From NCBI RefSeq assembly GCF_001194135.2, contig NC_069000.1:34429143-34463357 (forward strand): a stretch of 34,215 nucleotides of DNA. Reading direction: 5' to 3'. Positions 33,996 through 34,215 of this stretch are shown one piece after another; the first letter of the stretch is position 1; each line of letters opens with the position of its first letter. The notes beneath the pieces are model-generated. The model had not been told where the DNA came from, made no database searches, and saw only the letters and a program-made list of their open reading frames with translations. The stretch comes from Octopus bimaculoides (lineage: Eukaryota). The position numbers were made by a program, and so were the translations under genes.

Positions 33996-34215
33996 ACAGC
34001 AAATTCCTAAACATAATACAAATGTTTTAGCAGACATCAGCTCTCAGACCCTAATCCCTCCACATCTGAATGGTGTTCCGGGGTACAGCTGTTAATATTT
34101 CAATCACAATGGCCTTCTGCAGCTGAAAATTGCTCCCACTCCACCATCATCACTACCCCCCACCATCATCACTACCCCCCCCACCATCATCACTATCTCC
34201 CCCCATCATCATCAC

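Overview
AT-rich, repeat-saturated eukaryotic genomic DNA from a draft assembly (about 3.1 kb of N gaps). The SINE families and the dense TA/CA/GA/ATC/ATT microsatellites match what I recall of Octopus genomes; this taxon call is an inference. Most of the window is mobile-element debris: at least seven recurring SINE-like families (my own labels A, B/E, C, D, F, G), a decayed RTE-type LINE 3' end, three different Tc1/mariner remnants, hAT MITEs and other TIR elements. Almost all ORF-track entries are microsatellite, N-gap or antisense-SINE artefacts. A few short unique segments with plausible splice signals may be exons of an unidentified + strand gene (about 21.1-30.4 kb); this is low confidence. 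No rRNA, true tRNA, CRISPR or prokaryotic system is present, and I found no evidence of a new biological system. The best observations are structural: a local inverted duplication joined at a palindrome, all four head/tail combinations among two SINE heads and two tails, a five-copy head-to-tail SINE array, and multi-level nested insertions.
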